This document shows positions 1 through 14,838 of a stretch of 64,000 bases of DNA, piece after piece. The stretch comes from Amoebidium appalachense (lineage: Eukaryota > Protista > Ichthyosporea). A program made the translations under genes and the position numbers. Under the pieces are notes generated by a model. That model had not been told where the DNA came from. It did not search any database and saw only the letters and a program-made list of their open reading frames with translations. The stretch is taken from positions 1,550,001-1,614,000 of the forward strand of contig CAVNZM010000008.1 in the NCBI GenBank assembly GCA_963693365.1, given 5' to 3'. The first letter of the stretch is position 1. Each line of letters begins with the position of its first letter.

Positions 1-715
1 GGTCGAAAATACCTGGCCCGATTTAAGCCCCCTGCAGCAGAAGCTGAGGGTGCAGCTGGCTCGAATTCCGGCCGCCCCTCTGGAGCAAATCCTAGATCCG
101 ATTACAGTTAGGATCTCATCGGCACTGCCCACAGCAATCAACCCGTTCCCACTGCACACTCGCATTGCCGCCGCAAACGCCAGCGAAATTCGCCGAACGG
201 AATCGACCCCCCCTGTCTCCACCAATCCGATCTCCCCGATGCACAGCAATGCGCATTCTGTGCGCCGCGCCTCAGATCAGGCGCAATCGGGCCAACCGAC
301 CGATTGGCAAATTGAAGAAAATGAGGATGGTACTTCCGAGGTGCCTTCCATCATAGAAACTCCGGCCGCATTCCTTGAGGATAACGAATTTGCGGAGTTT
401 GAGGAGAACTCGAGCACCCCTGCCGAACAGAGCAGCGAATGTGTGTGCGAGGATGAAACTACAAAGAACGAACGTGAAATTTTCACCATTTCAAGTGAAA
501 AGGCCAAGGGATATTCGGGCGTTCTGGAATTTGAAGCAGAGTCGCACGGCGGGGTTGCAAACGAGTCCGAGTCGGAAAATGAAGAAATCACGAATATTGT
601 TATGGATTTTGTAATTCCTGTGGGGGGTTCTGTGGCCAAAAAGGCAGCGGCATTTGAGAGCGATAACGAAATTACTCTCCCATCGATATCTGCACCTACT
701 GAGGTGTGTGTTTAA
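1..715 (+). CDS. 3' end (partial) of an unknown protein with an acidic, Ser/Glu-rich, probably disordered C-terminus
   Basis: The frame is open from position 2 (VENTWPDLSPLQQKLRVQ...) to TAA at 713-715. The sequence is non-repetitive and coding-like. No domain recognised. Confidence 0.6.
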   Translation, partial: VENTWPDLSPLQQKLRVQLARIPAAPLEQILDPITVRISSALPTAINPFPLHTRIAAANASEIRRTESTPPVSTNPISPMHSNAHSVRRASDQAQSGQPTDWQIEENEDGTSEVPSIIETPAAFLEDNEFAEFEENSSTPAEQSSECVCEDETTKNEREIFTISSEKAKGYSGVLEFEAESHGGVANESESENEEITNIVMDFVIPVGGSVAKKAAAFESDNEITLPSISAPTEVCV

Positions 716-849
716 CTTTATTTACGGCGGTATGTGATACCACGTGATTGCCATGGGAGAATGTTGCGATTTAACAGAGGATCTTTAGGTGCATACCAAG
801 ACTTGCTGGTAGGGTGGATCGTAAGGGGCTTTTTTTTAGTCTGCCGCAT

Positions 850-880
<31 letters not shown>

Positions 881-1448
881 TTGGTGGTGGTGGTGGTGGG
901 TGGGTGGCGGTGGTGGGGGGGTTCTAATAGTCAGATTTGCTCTATGAAAAACAAACAGAATACCTAGGCCTTTAAGAAGCGTAGTCTAGGAGCCAAGCTT
1001 TAGCTGACACCCATGTCGACCCGTGCATTATGTTTGTGGAGATGCAAATGTAGCTGCCGCGTGCATGCGGCTATGATGGCTGGATTTGCGTGTTGCATAT
1101 CTTAGTGAGCTAATATTAGCGCTTGGCAAGCATGGGTTGTTACATTAGATCGCCTACCTCTGAGCATCATGATATGCATGTAGGATGCATCTAATATGAA
1201 GCCGGAATGTGGGAGAGAAATCGCTCGAAAGTCCGTCTGAAAGACGTAGAAATACACGTATGTACACGTGTTTTTGCTAAAACGGAAAATATGCCCACAG
1301 CATATGCACATGGGCCCGGGTGGGATGTATGAGAGGTGAGAGCTGTGAAAAGCACACAGGTAAACATTGGTGCTTATAACTGCAGCATTTTCTTGCGCCA
1401 GGTGTAAACTAATATGGGTATGCGGTCGTGAGTGTGAGTGTGAGTGTG

Positions 1449-1486
<38 letters not shown>

Positions 1487-1784
1487 AGGAAGGAAGTCAT
1501 GCCTGCTTGGGCCAACCTGCCAGAATAAAGGAGGGGAGGAGGGGGAGGGGGAAGGCAGCAACTTGAAGGTCTGAAACATCTATATTCGTGCAAATTTCAT
1601 TTTTATTCTTTCGTCCGAACACAATGCTGCCTCATGCACACAGTGATTAGTCAGTATCCATGTGTGCTCTGTCGGCAACACAGATATTCGGTTACATGAC
1701 CAACCCAAGGTCCATGTTGTAGCTTTGCTTACGTTGCATATTTGGGTAAATTGTGTGGTTGTGTGGCTAGTGTTGTCATAAAAT

Positions 1785-1818
<34 letters not shown>

Positions 1819-1917
1819 CTTGCGAGTTAAGCCCAACATTCATGTCATATTCGGTCGATTTCATCATTCGTGAGCTTTCTGCCGGAATCGATTACCTTTC
1901 TTGCGAAAATTTAGACC

Positions 1918-1960
<43 letters not shown>

Positions 1961-2181
1961 AAAAAAAAAAAAAAGAGAGCGCGCGCGAGATAGAGAGAGA
2001 GGGAAAACGAAAGAAAGAAAGAAAGGAAAGAGACGGAAGGGAATGGGAGGAAGAGAGGACGCAAGGAGACGGAGAAAAGAAACCCCAAGACAAAAATATG
2101 TGTGCGCACAGGCGGAAACATTAGAGATACACAACGTGCCTTACCCCCCCCCCCCCCCCCCCCCCCCGAGCTACAAAACGT

Positions 2182-2212
<31 letters not shown>

Positions 2213-2233
2213 TCCTGTTACCCAGCCATGTTC

Positions 2234-2893
2234 TCAGCTGTACGTGTCGTGTGAGCCCATCACCGTGTATAGCCAATAGTGTCCGTCGGGAAATATCACC
2301 ACCGTCAGATTGTTCTGGATATACTCAGTGTCAGTGGGGGGAGATATGCAGGAGGGAGATAACCCTGACTGTGTGTGGATAATACACATGTGGGTGTGCT
2401 TCGTGCCTGCTGCTGTGTGAGATAGACAAATGATATGAAATGGATAGTGAAGGCTGAGTTAATGCAAAGCACAAACACGTATCTGATCTGAGTCACATCT
2501 GAAAGGCTGATAAATATTATTGTGTAATGTTGTGTTACGCATGTGTGAAGTAAAAAAAAAAAGAAAAACGTGTGTGTGTATGTGTACATGTGCGACTTTT
2601 TGCTTAATGCTCCCTGGCTCTCGGATTGTGTGATATCAAATAAAGACATGCAAGGCAGTTAGTAAACACGACATCAAGTACCAGAACTACGCTACTAGTA
2701 GAATAGAGGGATTATTCGATTAGGTAAAAGGTTAAGCACCAATCAAAAATAGAGGTTAAAAACTCACCTCGCCACCCATATGGTAACCATGTGTGTGGTT
2801 GCCCCACGAGACTGGGCTGTCTTCCATCCCCCATGCACTCACAACGGCAAAGGGCACACCTGATGGTTGGGTGCGTATCCACTTGCTGTGTGT

Positions 2894-2970
<77 letters not shown>

Positions 2971-3958
2971 TGTGTGTGTGTGTTTTGGGTATGTGTGTAT
3001 GTCTGTTTGTGTGTGTGTGTATGTGTGTGTGTGTCTGTGTGTGTAAGATGTTCAAAGGCCAAGCAAGGAAGAGCACAGTGAAACATGAGTAATTGCAGAG
3101 ACCACCGACATACAGATCATACAATTTAGACAGGACATACAGCAGAGGGGAGGAGGGAGTTGGGGGGGGGGGGGGGGGGGGGGGGGACACAGAGTCAATA
3201 CACACACACGCTTCGACACAAACAAATACATGCACATACACTCATACACAAAGAACACAAAACCAAAACGTAAACCACATATGTACACAGGCACACACAT
3301 GCATGCACCCACCTCACGGAGTGCACACACTGCAGCACTTTTGGCCCAACCAGCAACCCCCTGTATGTGGCCTTGACACAGGGCCTAGGCTCCAGACCAG
3401 CAACCAGATCACACTGGAATGTGCTGGAAAACCCATCGGCTTCATGTGGGCCCCTGGGGATATGCTTGGGGTTAAACATATACTCTAATATACACGGGGA
3501 GTTAACATACTCATTGGTGTGTTTGCACACAATATTGAATGGCATCCACGGTGGTGTATGTAAGAAACCCCCATGGACTGAACAAGGTGAAGGTGATGGT
3601 GAATGGTTGTGCCGAATGTGTTGGTGTGTTCATGTGTGGCTCCAATTTGTTAGTGAGAGCTCTAGGTTGGTGTGTTTGTCTTTGCTTGTTCTTGAAAACA
3701 CCTTTGGCATCTGTCTAACAGTGCTGAGTACCCGTGCAGATGCGCGTGATTGAACTACACAGCCATAGATGTGCACATGTGAACACACACAAGTATGCAT
3801 ACTCACACACTTGTGTATGTGACCACACGTACTCAGTACCAGTCCATGTGTGTGCACCCACAAGTTAATACGTGCACAAACACGTCCACACATGCACACG
3901 AACAAACACATGCGTGCACACGAATAACCTTACGTGTGCATACGCGTGCGTGCGCGCG

Positions 3959-4003
<45 letters not shown>

Positions 4004-4288
4004 CCAACACACACACACACACACACACCCATCCACACACACACAAACACACACACACACACCCATCCACACACACACACACACACCCATCCACACACAC
4101 ACACACACCCATCCACACACACACACACACACACACACACCCATCCACACACACACACCCATCTACACACACACACACACCCATCCACACACACACACAC
4201 ACACCCATCCACACACACACACCCATCCACACACACACACCCATCCACACACACATACAAACACACACACACACACACACACACCCAT

Positions 4289-4324
<36 letters not shown>

Positions 4325-4454
4325 ATCCACACACACCCATCCACACACACACACACACACACCCATCCACACATACACACACACACACACACACACCCAT
4401 CCACACACACACACACACCCATCCACACACACACCCATCCACACACACACCCAT

Positions 4455-4514
<60 letters not shown>

Positions 4515-4572
4515 ATCCACACACACACCCATCCACACACACACACACCCATCCACACACACACACACCCAT

Positions 4573-4666
<94 letters not shown>

Positions 4667-5083
4667 ATGTGCATGCACCTACCAGTCACCTCCACATGTG
4701 GCCATGCCCAGCCACTCATACAAGGCCTCTGCAGTCTCAGCCAATCCCTCCTTCATTCCACCGTCCAAACTAGGCAATGGTACCTCCACAACATCACTAC
4801 TGCCTGCGGGGGGGGGGGGGGGGGGGGGAGGAGGAAGGGTGGGGAGGAGGAGGGGGGAGGAGGAGGAGGGGGGGGGATGGTTAGGAACGGTGAGGATGCA
4901 GCATAGTTCAAGTCTGGACTTAAAGATGTATGTGAACGGTTTTCTGAAAAGCGTGTGTGTGTGTGTGTGTGCGCGCGCGCGTGTGTGTGTGCATGTGTGT
5001 GTGTGCGCGCGCGCACGCATTTGTGTGTGTGTGTGTGCACATTGTGTGTGTGTGGGCATTGTGTGTGCATTGTGTGTGTGGGC

Positions 5084-5132
<49 letters not shown>

Positions 5133-5691
5133 ATGTGTGTGTGTGCATGTGTGTGTGTGTGTGTGTGCTCACGTGCACCTCCATGCATGTGCGCGCACAT
5201 GAGTATGCGTGTATTCGTGTCCATAGACATGCCGCGTGCTTAAGACGTCATGCACGCCTTCTCGTTTGTGCCTAAACCGGCCACAATGTGCACACAGTAC
5301 CCGAGGACCATCAATGTTTCTGTGCATGTCCCTACCCCCCTAAGGCCACCCACCCTGTATGTGGTGCTCTTGCAGTGACGGTAGGCTCTCCGCTAGGCTC
5401 GTCTCCTTGCCACCATCTGTGCGCAATCATTTAGTACCGACCTCCCCCCCCCCCCCCCCCCCCCCTCTTCCTTTCCCCCGTCTCCCCTTCCCCTTTCCCT
5501 ATCCCCCTCAAGATCTGCTTCTTAACCCAAAAACCCAATATCTCAGTGCACGAAGAGTTAGTTAGACAGAACCATTGTTTTTGCTGGATGCCTGAATCCG
5601 GGATTTTCCACGATCGGGCGGTCAGGCGAGAACGGGAGGAGGCACGGGGGAGGGAGGCGGCTTGCTTTCGTGGTATCGTTAGTTTATGCGC

Positions 5692-5768
<77 letters not shown>

Positions 5769-6317
5769 GGTGTGTGTGTGTGCGTGCGTGTGTGTGTGTA
5801 TTTGTGTGTGTGTGTGTGCGTGTGTGTGTGCGTGCGCGCGCGCGTGTAAGCGCATGTGTCTGTGATGCATGCACATCTGCTCGTGTCTGAGCGCCGGCAC
5901 GTGCATTCATATGCATGCCAGCGTATCTGTATATGAGCATGTATTCTAGTGATGTAAAGGGGAGGGTAATTCACCTTTTGGCAAGCACATTAGCAACCAA
6001 TTGTATGTGAGGTTTAGTCGATCAGTCACACACCACTGCACACGCTCATACAGAGGCTTGCCTGGGTGGTAGCTCTTTGCCTCTAGGTCGATAGTAATGT
6101 CTGGGGGGTGGTGGTTGAAAGGGGGGGGGGGGGGAGGGGAGGGAGGAGGAGGGGAAGGGGAGGGGGGAGGGGAAGGGGGAGGGGAGGAATGGAAGGGGGG
6201 AGGAGTAGGTGGGGATGGTGTGAGTGTAGTGAGAAATGGGTTAGTTGTAGGTGTAACACCGGGTTGTTGATGCACGAGGTACATGCACGTACTCTGTGCG
6301 TGCGTGTGTGTGTGCGT

Positions 6318-6390
<73 letters not shown>

Positions 6391-6847
6391 CGCGCGTGCG
6401 TGTGTGTGTGTGTGTGTGTGTGTGTTTGCACGTATGGATGTGCTATTGTTTACCCTTCAGATCACGTATGCATCAGGCTGTCAGGAACATGTCCATGTGT
6501 GTAGAGCAATGTGTTCCACTGGACTAAACAAGCGCAATTGCACTAGAGCGCGGTGTCCTAGTCACCCACCTTCAGTTTATTGGTCTGTGTGTGCCCTTAC
6601 AGAAGCCTCGGTGTAGAAAGGAGAGAGAGAGAGAAGGTGCGTTTGTGTGTATGTGTTTTTTTTTTTTTTTTTTTTTTTTTTTGGGGGGGGGGGGGGGGGG
6701 AAGGGGAGGGTCGGGGGGGCAAAAAGGGGAGGCACACACCATATCTGTGACCTTTTACAAAGGGCGAAGGTTTACCCTCCAGCCCAAGCTCTTCGTACGT
6801 GTCCTTGGTTACAGCAAGATGAAGGTGGCCTTGTGATGTGTGCGTGT

Positions 6848-6910
<63 letters not shown>

Positions 6911-8238
6911 TGCATGCGTATGTACATGTGTCTATGTAAGCTGATGGTGGTTTTTTTTTGCGGGGGGAGGGGGGTGGGGAGTTGGGGGGGGTGGGGGGGG
7001 GGGAGGTTCGGGGAGAGAGAGGAAGGGGGGGGGGGGGGGGGGAGGGGGAAAGGGGGGGGAGGACGGGGTGGGGTCATACACCACAATGATCAGCAAACGA
7101 AAACCCTGTCAGTAAACATCGGCATCCCATTCAGGGCTTCTAACAAAATGAAAAGAACTGCGTTAGCAACGAAGGAAAAACATCAACAACAACCAAAAAA
7201 AGAGAAAATGGAGAAAGGAGGGGGGGGGGGGGGGGGGGGGATACGTTACATTGTAAATGAACTGAATGAACTCCCCCCCCCCCCCCCCCCCCCCCCGCAA
7301 AGAAATAAATAAAATAAAATAAAAAGACAGGCGAGTATATTCTATAAATTAAGGTGAAGCAAGGTTGCATATTAGGTGGGGCCTAATAAATGAAAAAAAT
7401 TTCCTGCCCGTGTTGTTGTAAAGGGGGATGTTGAATGATAAAAAGACTAGATATCGGGGGCTAAGAAAACACATGGTATTAAAGCGAAACCAAGGCCGTG
7501 TCCAGCCCTGGTATACTCACCCCATTGACACAAACACATCCAGGAACATATGCATTAGAATACACACACACACACCTTCACGTTCTAAACACAGGCACAT
7601 TATCAAGCGGAGTGATAAGCCCGGGGGGGGCTGCGGGCTAGAAGGGGGGTAGACTGTACCTGGTGCAATGATTGCCGCCACATTTCCTCGATCCAATTGG
7701 CCGGATGTCAGGCCATAAAGTTGCCCTGTGCAGGCAGTCAGCTTCCAACCAGATATCCCTTAGAGATATGTGCTCAGTGTTGCTGGAAAACCACCCCCCC
7801 CCCCCTCCCCCCCCAACACACGCACACACATAACTTCCCTCCTATAAAAATATGTACATACAGTCACACAGATAACGAAGATTGGGGGGAAAGGAGAGAA
7901 AGATAGGGAAGAGGCGGACTGTGTGAGAAACCAATATAAGGACCTATTTTAATTTTTAAGTCTATTTCTTGCATTTCGTCCACCCCACATACACCATCTC
8001 GCCCCCTTCCCCTCTCCCCCCTCCCCCAATGTCGGTTCTTGCTCACAACTGTTCATCCCCCCCCCCCCCCCCCTCCCTCTTCTCCCTGGCAACCTCTTCC
8101 CTTTCCCTTTCTCCTATCTCGGCTCATACGCTCCCCCCTCCCCTTCCTCTCCGATGTGCGCCCCCCCCCCCCCCCCCCCCCCCCCCCCACCTCCCCTCCC
8201 CACCAAAAAGAAAAACTCCACCACCACACCTACCCCCC

Positions 8239-8269
<31 letters not shown>

Positions 8270-8764
8270 ACACCCAACCACCCACCACACAAAACCTCCC
8301 ACACAGCCCTCCCTTCCCCCCCCCTCCTGCCTCAGACACACACCCTCCCCCCTCTCCCCCTCCCCCCTACCCTCCTCCTCCCCCCTCCCCCCTCCCCCCC
8401 TCCCCCCCCCCCCCCCCCCCCCCCAACACACACACACACCTTTCCGCACGTGCCTATCGACAAACTGAGCCTTGGTCAGGTCAGACAAGGGCACAGTGCC
8501 AACAAAGTAGCGGCCCTCAGGGGGTTGGATGGTGGGTGGGAGGCTGTCACATCCGGGTAGCAGCACCTCAACCTGGAGGAGGGGAGGAGGGGGGGGGGGG
8601 GGGGGGGGGATGATAGGGTGAAAAGGACATGGAGGGGGGGACAAAGAGGGAGGGAATTGAGGGGGGTGTGTGCAGGTTTAGTGTTTGTTCAAGCGTGCGT
8701 GTGAGGGTGGGTGTGACCGGTATTGCCTCGGCTGCTCGTGAGACAGGTGGGGTTGTGGCAAGTG

Positions 8765-8814
<50 letters not shown>

Positions 8815-8815
8815 C

Positions 8816-8908
<93 letters not shown>

Positions 8909-9347
8909 AACCGGTGGCGGGAGGAGGGACCCCTCGGGGGTTGGGGGTCGGGGGGAAGGGGGGGGGGGGGGGGGGGGGGGGGGCAGGACTCTCCTTAAAA
9001 CAAGGATGGTAAAATATGGTGGAACGCACAGGCGTTGAAGCATAGGTGATAGGGGTGGATGTACGGATGAAGGTACCAGATGGCGGGGCGGGGGGAGGGG
9101 GGGGGGGGGGGGGGGATGAGAAGAGTAAGGGGTAAGAAGGGGGGGAGGAAGGAGGGGGGTAGGGAAGGGGCTCAGGGAAAGGGGGAGAGGGAAGAGGGAG
9201 AGGTGAAGGAGGGGGGAGGGAGAAAATTACCACGCAGCTGAAGTGGTGTTCCGTGACGGTCCCGCCTAAACTGGACTTGGGGTCATCAATGTGTGAGCGC
9301 ACAAAAATGTAGCGTGACTTGGGGGTAGGAAACTGCAGCGAAGTCAT
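2234..9347 (-). CDS. RPP40: Ribonuclease P/MRP protein subunit p40, 10 exons
   Basis: GT-AG exons at 9347-9231, 8572-8440, 7725-7660, 6829-6740, 6100-5975, 5416-5354, 4803-4683, 3453-3313, 2885-2768 and 2314-2234 join in frame. Motifs [43 protein letters not shown] and [10 protein letters not shown] are colinear with human RPP40 as recalled (LSLDKDTYEETGLQG, LFDWLG, GFADSPVSW). Confidence 0.9.
3960..4662. repeat. Compound (CA)n / CCCATCCA micro-minisatellite in RPP40 intron 7
   Basis: About 700 bp of CA runs punctuated by roughly 20 CCCATC(C/T)A units. Confidence 0.95.
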
Positions 9348-10252
9348 GTTGCCCTATAAGTGTTGTGTCTGGTGAATGGAATAGTGCTACCTCAGGTAGG
9401 TATAGAACATTGTCGGAGGATGCTGGTGGACGTATGGTCGTATTGAGAATAGGTCCGTAACTTAACAGGCAACGAATCTCTGACAGCGAAGAGAAAAGGC
9501 GATCGCCCACAGCCAAGAGCCTATTTGGCTAATTAACGTTATCAATATGTTGCGTCAAAGCAAACCGACAAAGATAAATAAAGTCAAGAAAAATAAGGAC
9601 TCCAAGGGAAAAATGGCGGACAGACAATTTACCTTCACACAGGTAAAGCGGTCAACGCACACGAATACTTGGAAGCGGGTGCACGTGTTTGTGTGTGCTT
9701 TTTCAGGTCACATTTGGCGTTCAAAGCGATTGGTCGAGAGAGCACCACGCACCAAAAACACCAAATAAGGCTATAAAACATTACCACATAAGGCTAAAAG
9801 CCAAGTGGCTCAGTGACGTCATATGTCGTCGTAACTGGGCCACACAAAAACAAAAAATTCAAACTTCAACAAATTTAACGACTCACCTGCCAGACGAATT
9901 TGCAAGACATTGACCATATATGGTCAAAGTCGGGATTGGTCCGTTATACCGTCTGAGCGCAGGCCCAGTCTGGCCCGCGCGGGGATTTCAAATTTTGGCG
10001 CCGGGCCCGTGAGCCACGTGCACGGCTTGGTCTCCCATACCCCCCAACTCCCTAAACTCCTTGGGGGCCGCAAATCTCTCATAGGAAATTTGATCAATGG
10101 GACATGAAATTTCAAAATCTGAACGCTTAGTCCTTAAAAGTACACCTGTCACCAAGATACCCTCTAAAACACAGGATATCCTCTCTCCGGCTTTTACTCT
10201 CCGTTCTTGGCAGCGCGCTCCTTTTTTTCAACGGGGGGTTCACCCGGGCACC
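9348..10252. promoter_or_regulatory. Putative bidirectional promoter for RPP40/PPT1
   Basis: 905 bp between divergent start codons, free of microsatellites. Contains TGACGTCA (~9813), TTCAAA-TTTT-GGCGCC (9987-10002) and CACGTG (10015-10020). Confidence 0.6.
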
Positions 10253-11287
10253 ATGCTGTGTGCGCTTTTTGCTCTGGCCTGTGTGGCCTCCAGCCAGGCT
10301 GCAGTGACTCTGCAGCAGCCAAACAGTGCCCCCCTCCCTGTCGTTTTGTGGCATGGCATGGGTATTTCACCTTTCCCCCCAACCCCCTCCCCCACCTTCC
10401 CCAATTATCCCGTCTTATCCCTCCTTTATGCACGGATACGCGGTGCTGACATACACACGGACGTACACATGCACCCCGAATTGTATAACGTTAACAACAT
10501 GGTACTGAGAATCAAACTCCCTCAACAGACACACCTTCCCCCCTTCAACCCCCACCCCCTCCCACCCTCCCCCCTCCCTCCCCCCCTCCTCGCCCCCTCC
10601 CCTCACTGTGCCTTTTTGGTCCACCGCCCCTCTCATCCGCACTAAAATGAGACACCAGGAACCAGTGCGCCACTCACTCTGCCTATCCCCAGCCCCACCC
10701 CACCCCACCCTCGCACCCGGAGGCGTTTGGATCTCGTGCGTAGCTCTTCTGAATTGTTTTTCTTTTTATTGTCATTTTACTTCAGGTGACAACTGCTGCA
10801 ACCCAGCCAGCATGGGCAGCATTAAGAAGATGATCGAGAAGGAGCTGGGCACGGGGGCATATGTGGTCAGTCTGATGATCGGTAGCAGCCCCAGTGAGGA
10901 CACAAAGAACGGGGTGGGTGCTACCTCATATCTCCCTGTGGATAATTTATAATATACACAGAACTTGGAAGATCCCAACTGACATGCATTGCACATGCAC
11001 ACATCTGCACGTGCACACACAGTACAAGCGACATGCATACACAGGACACAAGCACGTGTGTTTGCACGAATAAAGCCAGCTGCATTACAACTTGCTCGAG
11101 CTAAGAATGAAGAAAATCTTCGATGATTATAAAGCATATCCAATTTTTGCGCACTATGTATTGGAATTTTAAAAGTGAGTAATTCGACAATGGCCGTTTT
11201 TTTTTAGAGTAAGTCTATTCTTGTGTTATGTCGCTTGTTGAAGCAGGGGAGCCGAAGGGTGATGATGGCCGTGGTGGTGGTGGTGAT

Positions 11288-11331
<44 letters not shown>

Positions 11332-11375
11332 CCCCTGTTTTTTTTGGTGGTGGGGGGGGGGGAGGGGGAGGGGTG

Positions 11376-11438
<63 letters not shown>

Positions 11439-12076
11439 TCGCTTTTGCCAAGTTTCAAGAGCCAAACCTCCGTCTTCCTCACCTCCCCCTACACACATAC
11501 ACGGACACACACTTATGTCCCCCTCAACTTCTGCCAAGTAAATCATCAAGCCCTTATCCACTTCTCTCCCCTCTACCTAAATTAGAAAAGCACTATTAGG
11601 CATTGATCCCCCCCTCCCCCCCCCCCCCCCCAGCCCGTCCTTTCCCATCGTTTCTGGCTTCCTGATTTCGACAAATTCGATTTCTTCCTTACTACCCTGC
11701 GTCGTACATTTCACTCAATCATGCTCCTGACCCTCCCCCCCCCCCCTCCCCCCCCCCCCCCCCCCCCCTCTCCCCTCTTAACACACACACACGCACGCGC
11801 ACGCGCACGCGCACACGCACACGCACACGCACACGCACACGCGCGCACACACACACAGTTTCTTCTCAATGTGAACACTCAGGTTGAGATGGTATGTGAG
11901 CAGTTGGCAAAGGACGAAAAGCTCAAAAATGGATTCAACGCCATTGGTTTCTCCCAGGGTGCACAATTCCTGTGAGTGCCAACGTGCAATTTTTTTTTTC
12001 TCTCTCTTGCTGTTTTTTTTTGTTGTGAATGTGGCTTTGTGTGTGCGTGTGCATGTGCGTGCGTGCGTGTGCGTGC

Positions 12077-12166
<90 letters not shown>

Positions 12167-12638
12167 ACGCGCTCGCTCGCTCACTCCCGTGTCCGTGCAT
12201 GCGTGTCTATGCAGGCTTGCACGCGCATATCTGCGTTGCGGTGGGGTGATGGTGGTCTTTTTTTTGGGGGGGGGGGGGGGGGGGGGGGAGTTGCGGGCAC
12301 CAGTGTGAGAGACCATAAGTAACCACCTGTATGTGTTTGGTGCTAGTGTCCATGCATGTGGTTGTGTACTGGTGTGTGTGTGCCTATCTGCTTGTCCATG
12401 CCTGTGTAAGCATCTGTGGGCACATAGGGAAAACTGAAACATCGGGATGACGAAAAACAGTGCAGTGCAGTTAGGACGAGGGAGTCCAAAAGGAGGGGGG
12501 TGCAGTTTGGGGTGGGGAGGGGGGAGGGGGGAGGGGGCAACGGGAGGAGAGACAGAGATGATCGCAATAAGGGGTAGGGAAGGGGTGGTGGAAGGAAGGT
12601 GAGGAGAGACAGAGTGGGGGGCTTTTTTTTTTTTTTTT

Positions 12639-12680
<42 letters not shown>

Positions 12681-13368
12681 CTGCACTTAGATCAATACGG
12701 TGCACCTTTGTTTTTTCAATTATTAATGTCGGTTTGTTCTGTTTTGATTCTTTTTTTTTTTTAACCGGGTACTGATTGCACATTGCAGGCGGGGCTATGT
12801 GGAGCGCTGCAACAGCCCCAAGGTGCACAATCTGATCTCCGTGGGCGGCCAGCACCAGGGTATGTGTACTAGCATGCTGCTATTGTTAGCGCTTGGCCCA
12901 TGCATGCTGCTATTATTACAAAATGTCCTCTGTGGTGCCATGTGTAACCGGTCACACAACTCCACCACCCCACCCACCCCACAACTTGATACTGTTCCTA
13001 TCAAATGTCTCTGAAGATCAAACCTATCCACCCACTCAAATTGACCCTCAGTAACCCACCATGCACAAACTTGTTCACGAAGAAACCACCAAGAAGGACC
13101 CCCTGCTTCTAGTATGCAGGATCACAAATCCGAACACAATTTATATTGTCGAGAGATAGACACGAGATAGCCCATGTAATTATGTTGTAATTTACAGGGG
13201 TCAGTGGGGTGCCACACTGTGAAGGCCAGGGGGCACTCTGCCACCAGATGAGAACTCTCCTGGGCCTTGGTGCTTACAGTCCCGTAATGCCTCCCCCCTC
13301 CTCCCCCCAAAAAAAGAATGCTTAACACACACACATCCGGGAGCGCCTGCGTGCGCGGCGCGCGCGCG

Positions 13369-13435
<67 letters not shown>

Positions 13436-13952
13436 CCCCTTTACCCACAGCAAATTCTTGGTTGTGCATTTGGCCGAATATAAATTCCGCTTGTATTTGA
13501 TTGGCAGTTTGTGCAACACGGGTTGAAATTTAAAAGATTTGCATGTGATTGGCAGTTCATGTGGCAGGGCTTTAGATTTAAACACTGGCACGTCATTGGC
13601 TCTTTGTGCAACAGGCAGTTAAACGTCAGCTCTTGCGTGTGATTGGTCGTTGGTGTAACAGGCCGAGTACGAAATTTAACATTTGCATGTGATTGGCAGT
13701 TTGTGCAGCAGCACCTGGTGCAGGCGGAGTACTGGCATGACCCGAGCAAGGAGGCCGAGTACAGAGAGAAGTGTGTATTCATGCCCGACATCAACAATGA
13801 CAAGGTGGGTGCACACACACACACAGAGAGAGAGGGGGGGGGAGGGGGGGTAGGAAGGGATGGGGCAGGGGTAGAGAGAGACAGAGAGAGAGAGAGGGAG
13901 AGAGGGAGTGAGGGAGTGAGAGAGTGTTTTGTGTGTGCATGTGTGAGTGTGT

Positions 13953-14049
<97 letters not shown>

Positions 14050-14265
14050 CGAGGGAGGGGTAGGGGGAAAAGAGAGAGAGTATGAGAGCGAGAGAAGGAA
14101 AGGTAAGAGGAACAGAGGAGGTTGGAGCCGGGAGAGGGGGGGGGGGGGGGGGGGGGGGGGGGAGTATTGCACATTCGGACAAATCAGCTTGCTTACTCAC
14201 ACAGGGTCGCACAGCCACGCAAACATGTCAAACCTGGGCATTATCAACACTCACCTGCCTCCCCC

Positions 14266-14333
<68 letters not shown>

Positions 14334-14780
14334 CGTCCTCCTTCTCCCTCTCCACACACAAACGCACGTTCATGCCGTGGCAGTAGGATTAAGGGACTTG
14401 GTAAGGAGATGATTGTTGGTGTCGTTTGTAGCACAGAAATATTAAGGGTGGGAGGAAGTAAAGACGTTTTCCATGAATCATTTGCAGGGGGCTTGTTCGA
14501 GTGTCTTCTAAGTTTCAAGTGTGTGCACCTCCCTTTTAGCAGAAAAACAGTAGAGAGTAAAGTGTTAAGAACGGATGTGCTGTTGAACAGTAATGGAAGT
14601 TGGTAAGGAGGAGGGGGATGGGGGTAGCATGTAGGTTTGTGGCTGTGGTAGAGGGGAGGGGGGAAAGGGAGGGAGGGGGGCGTGTGGGGGGGAGAGAACT
14701 TAATGCTTTGGGGGAAAACAGGATGAGAAGAATGCGACATACAAAACCAACCTTCAGAGCCTTAACAAGTGTGTCTCCTC

Positions 14781-14838
<58 letters not shown>

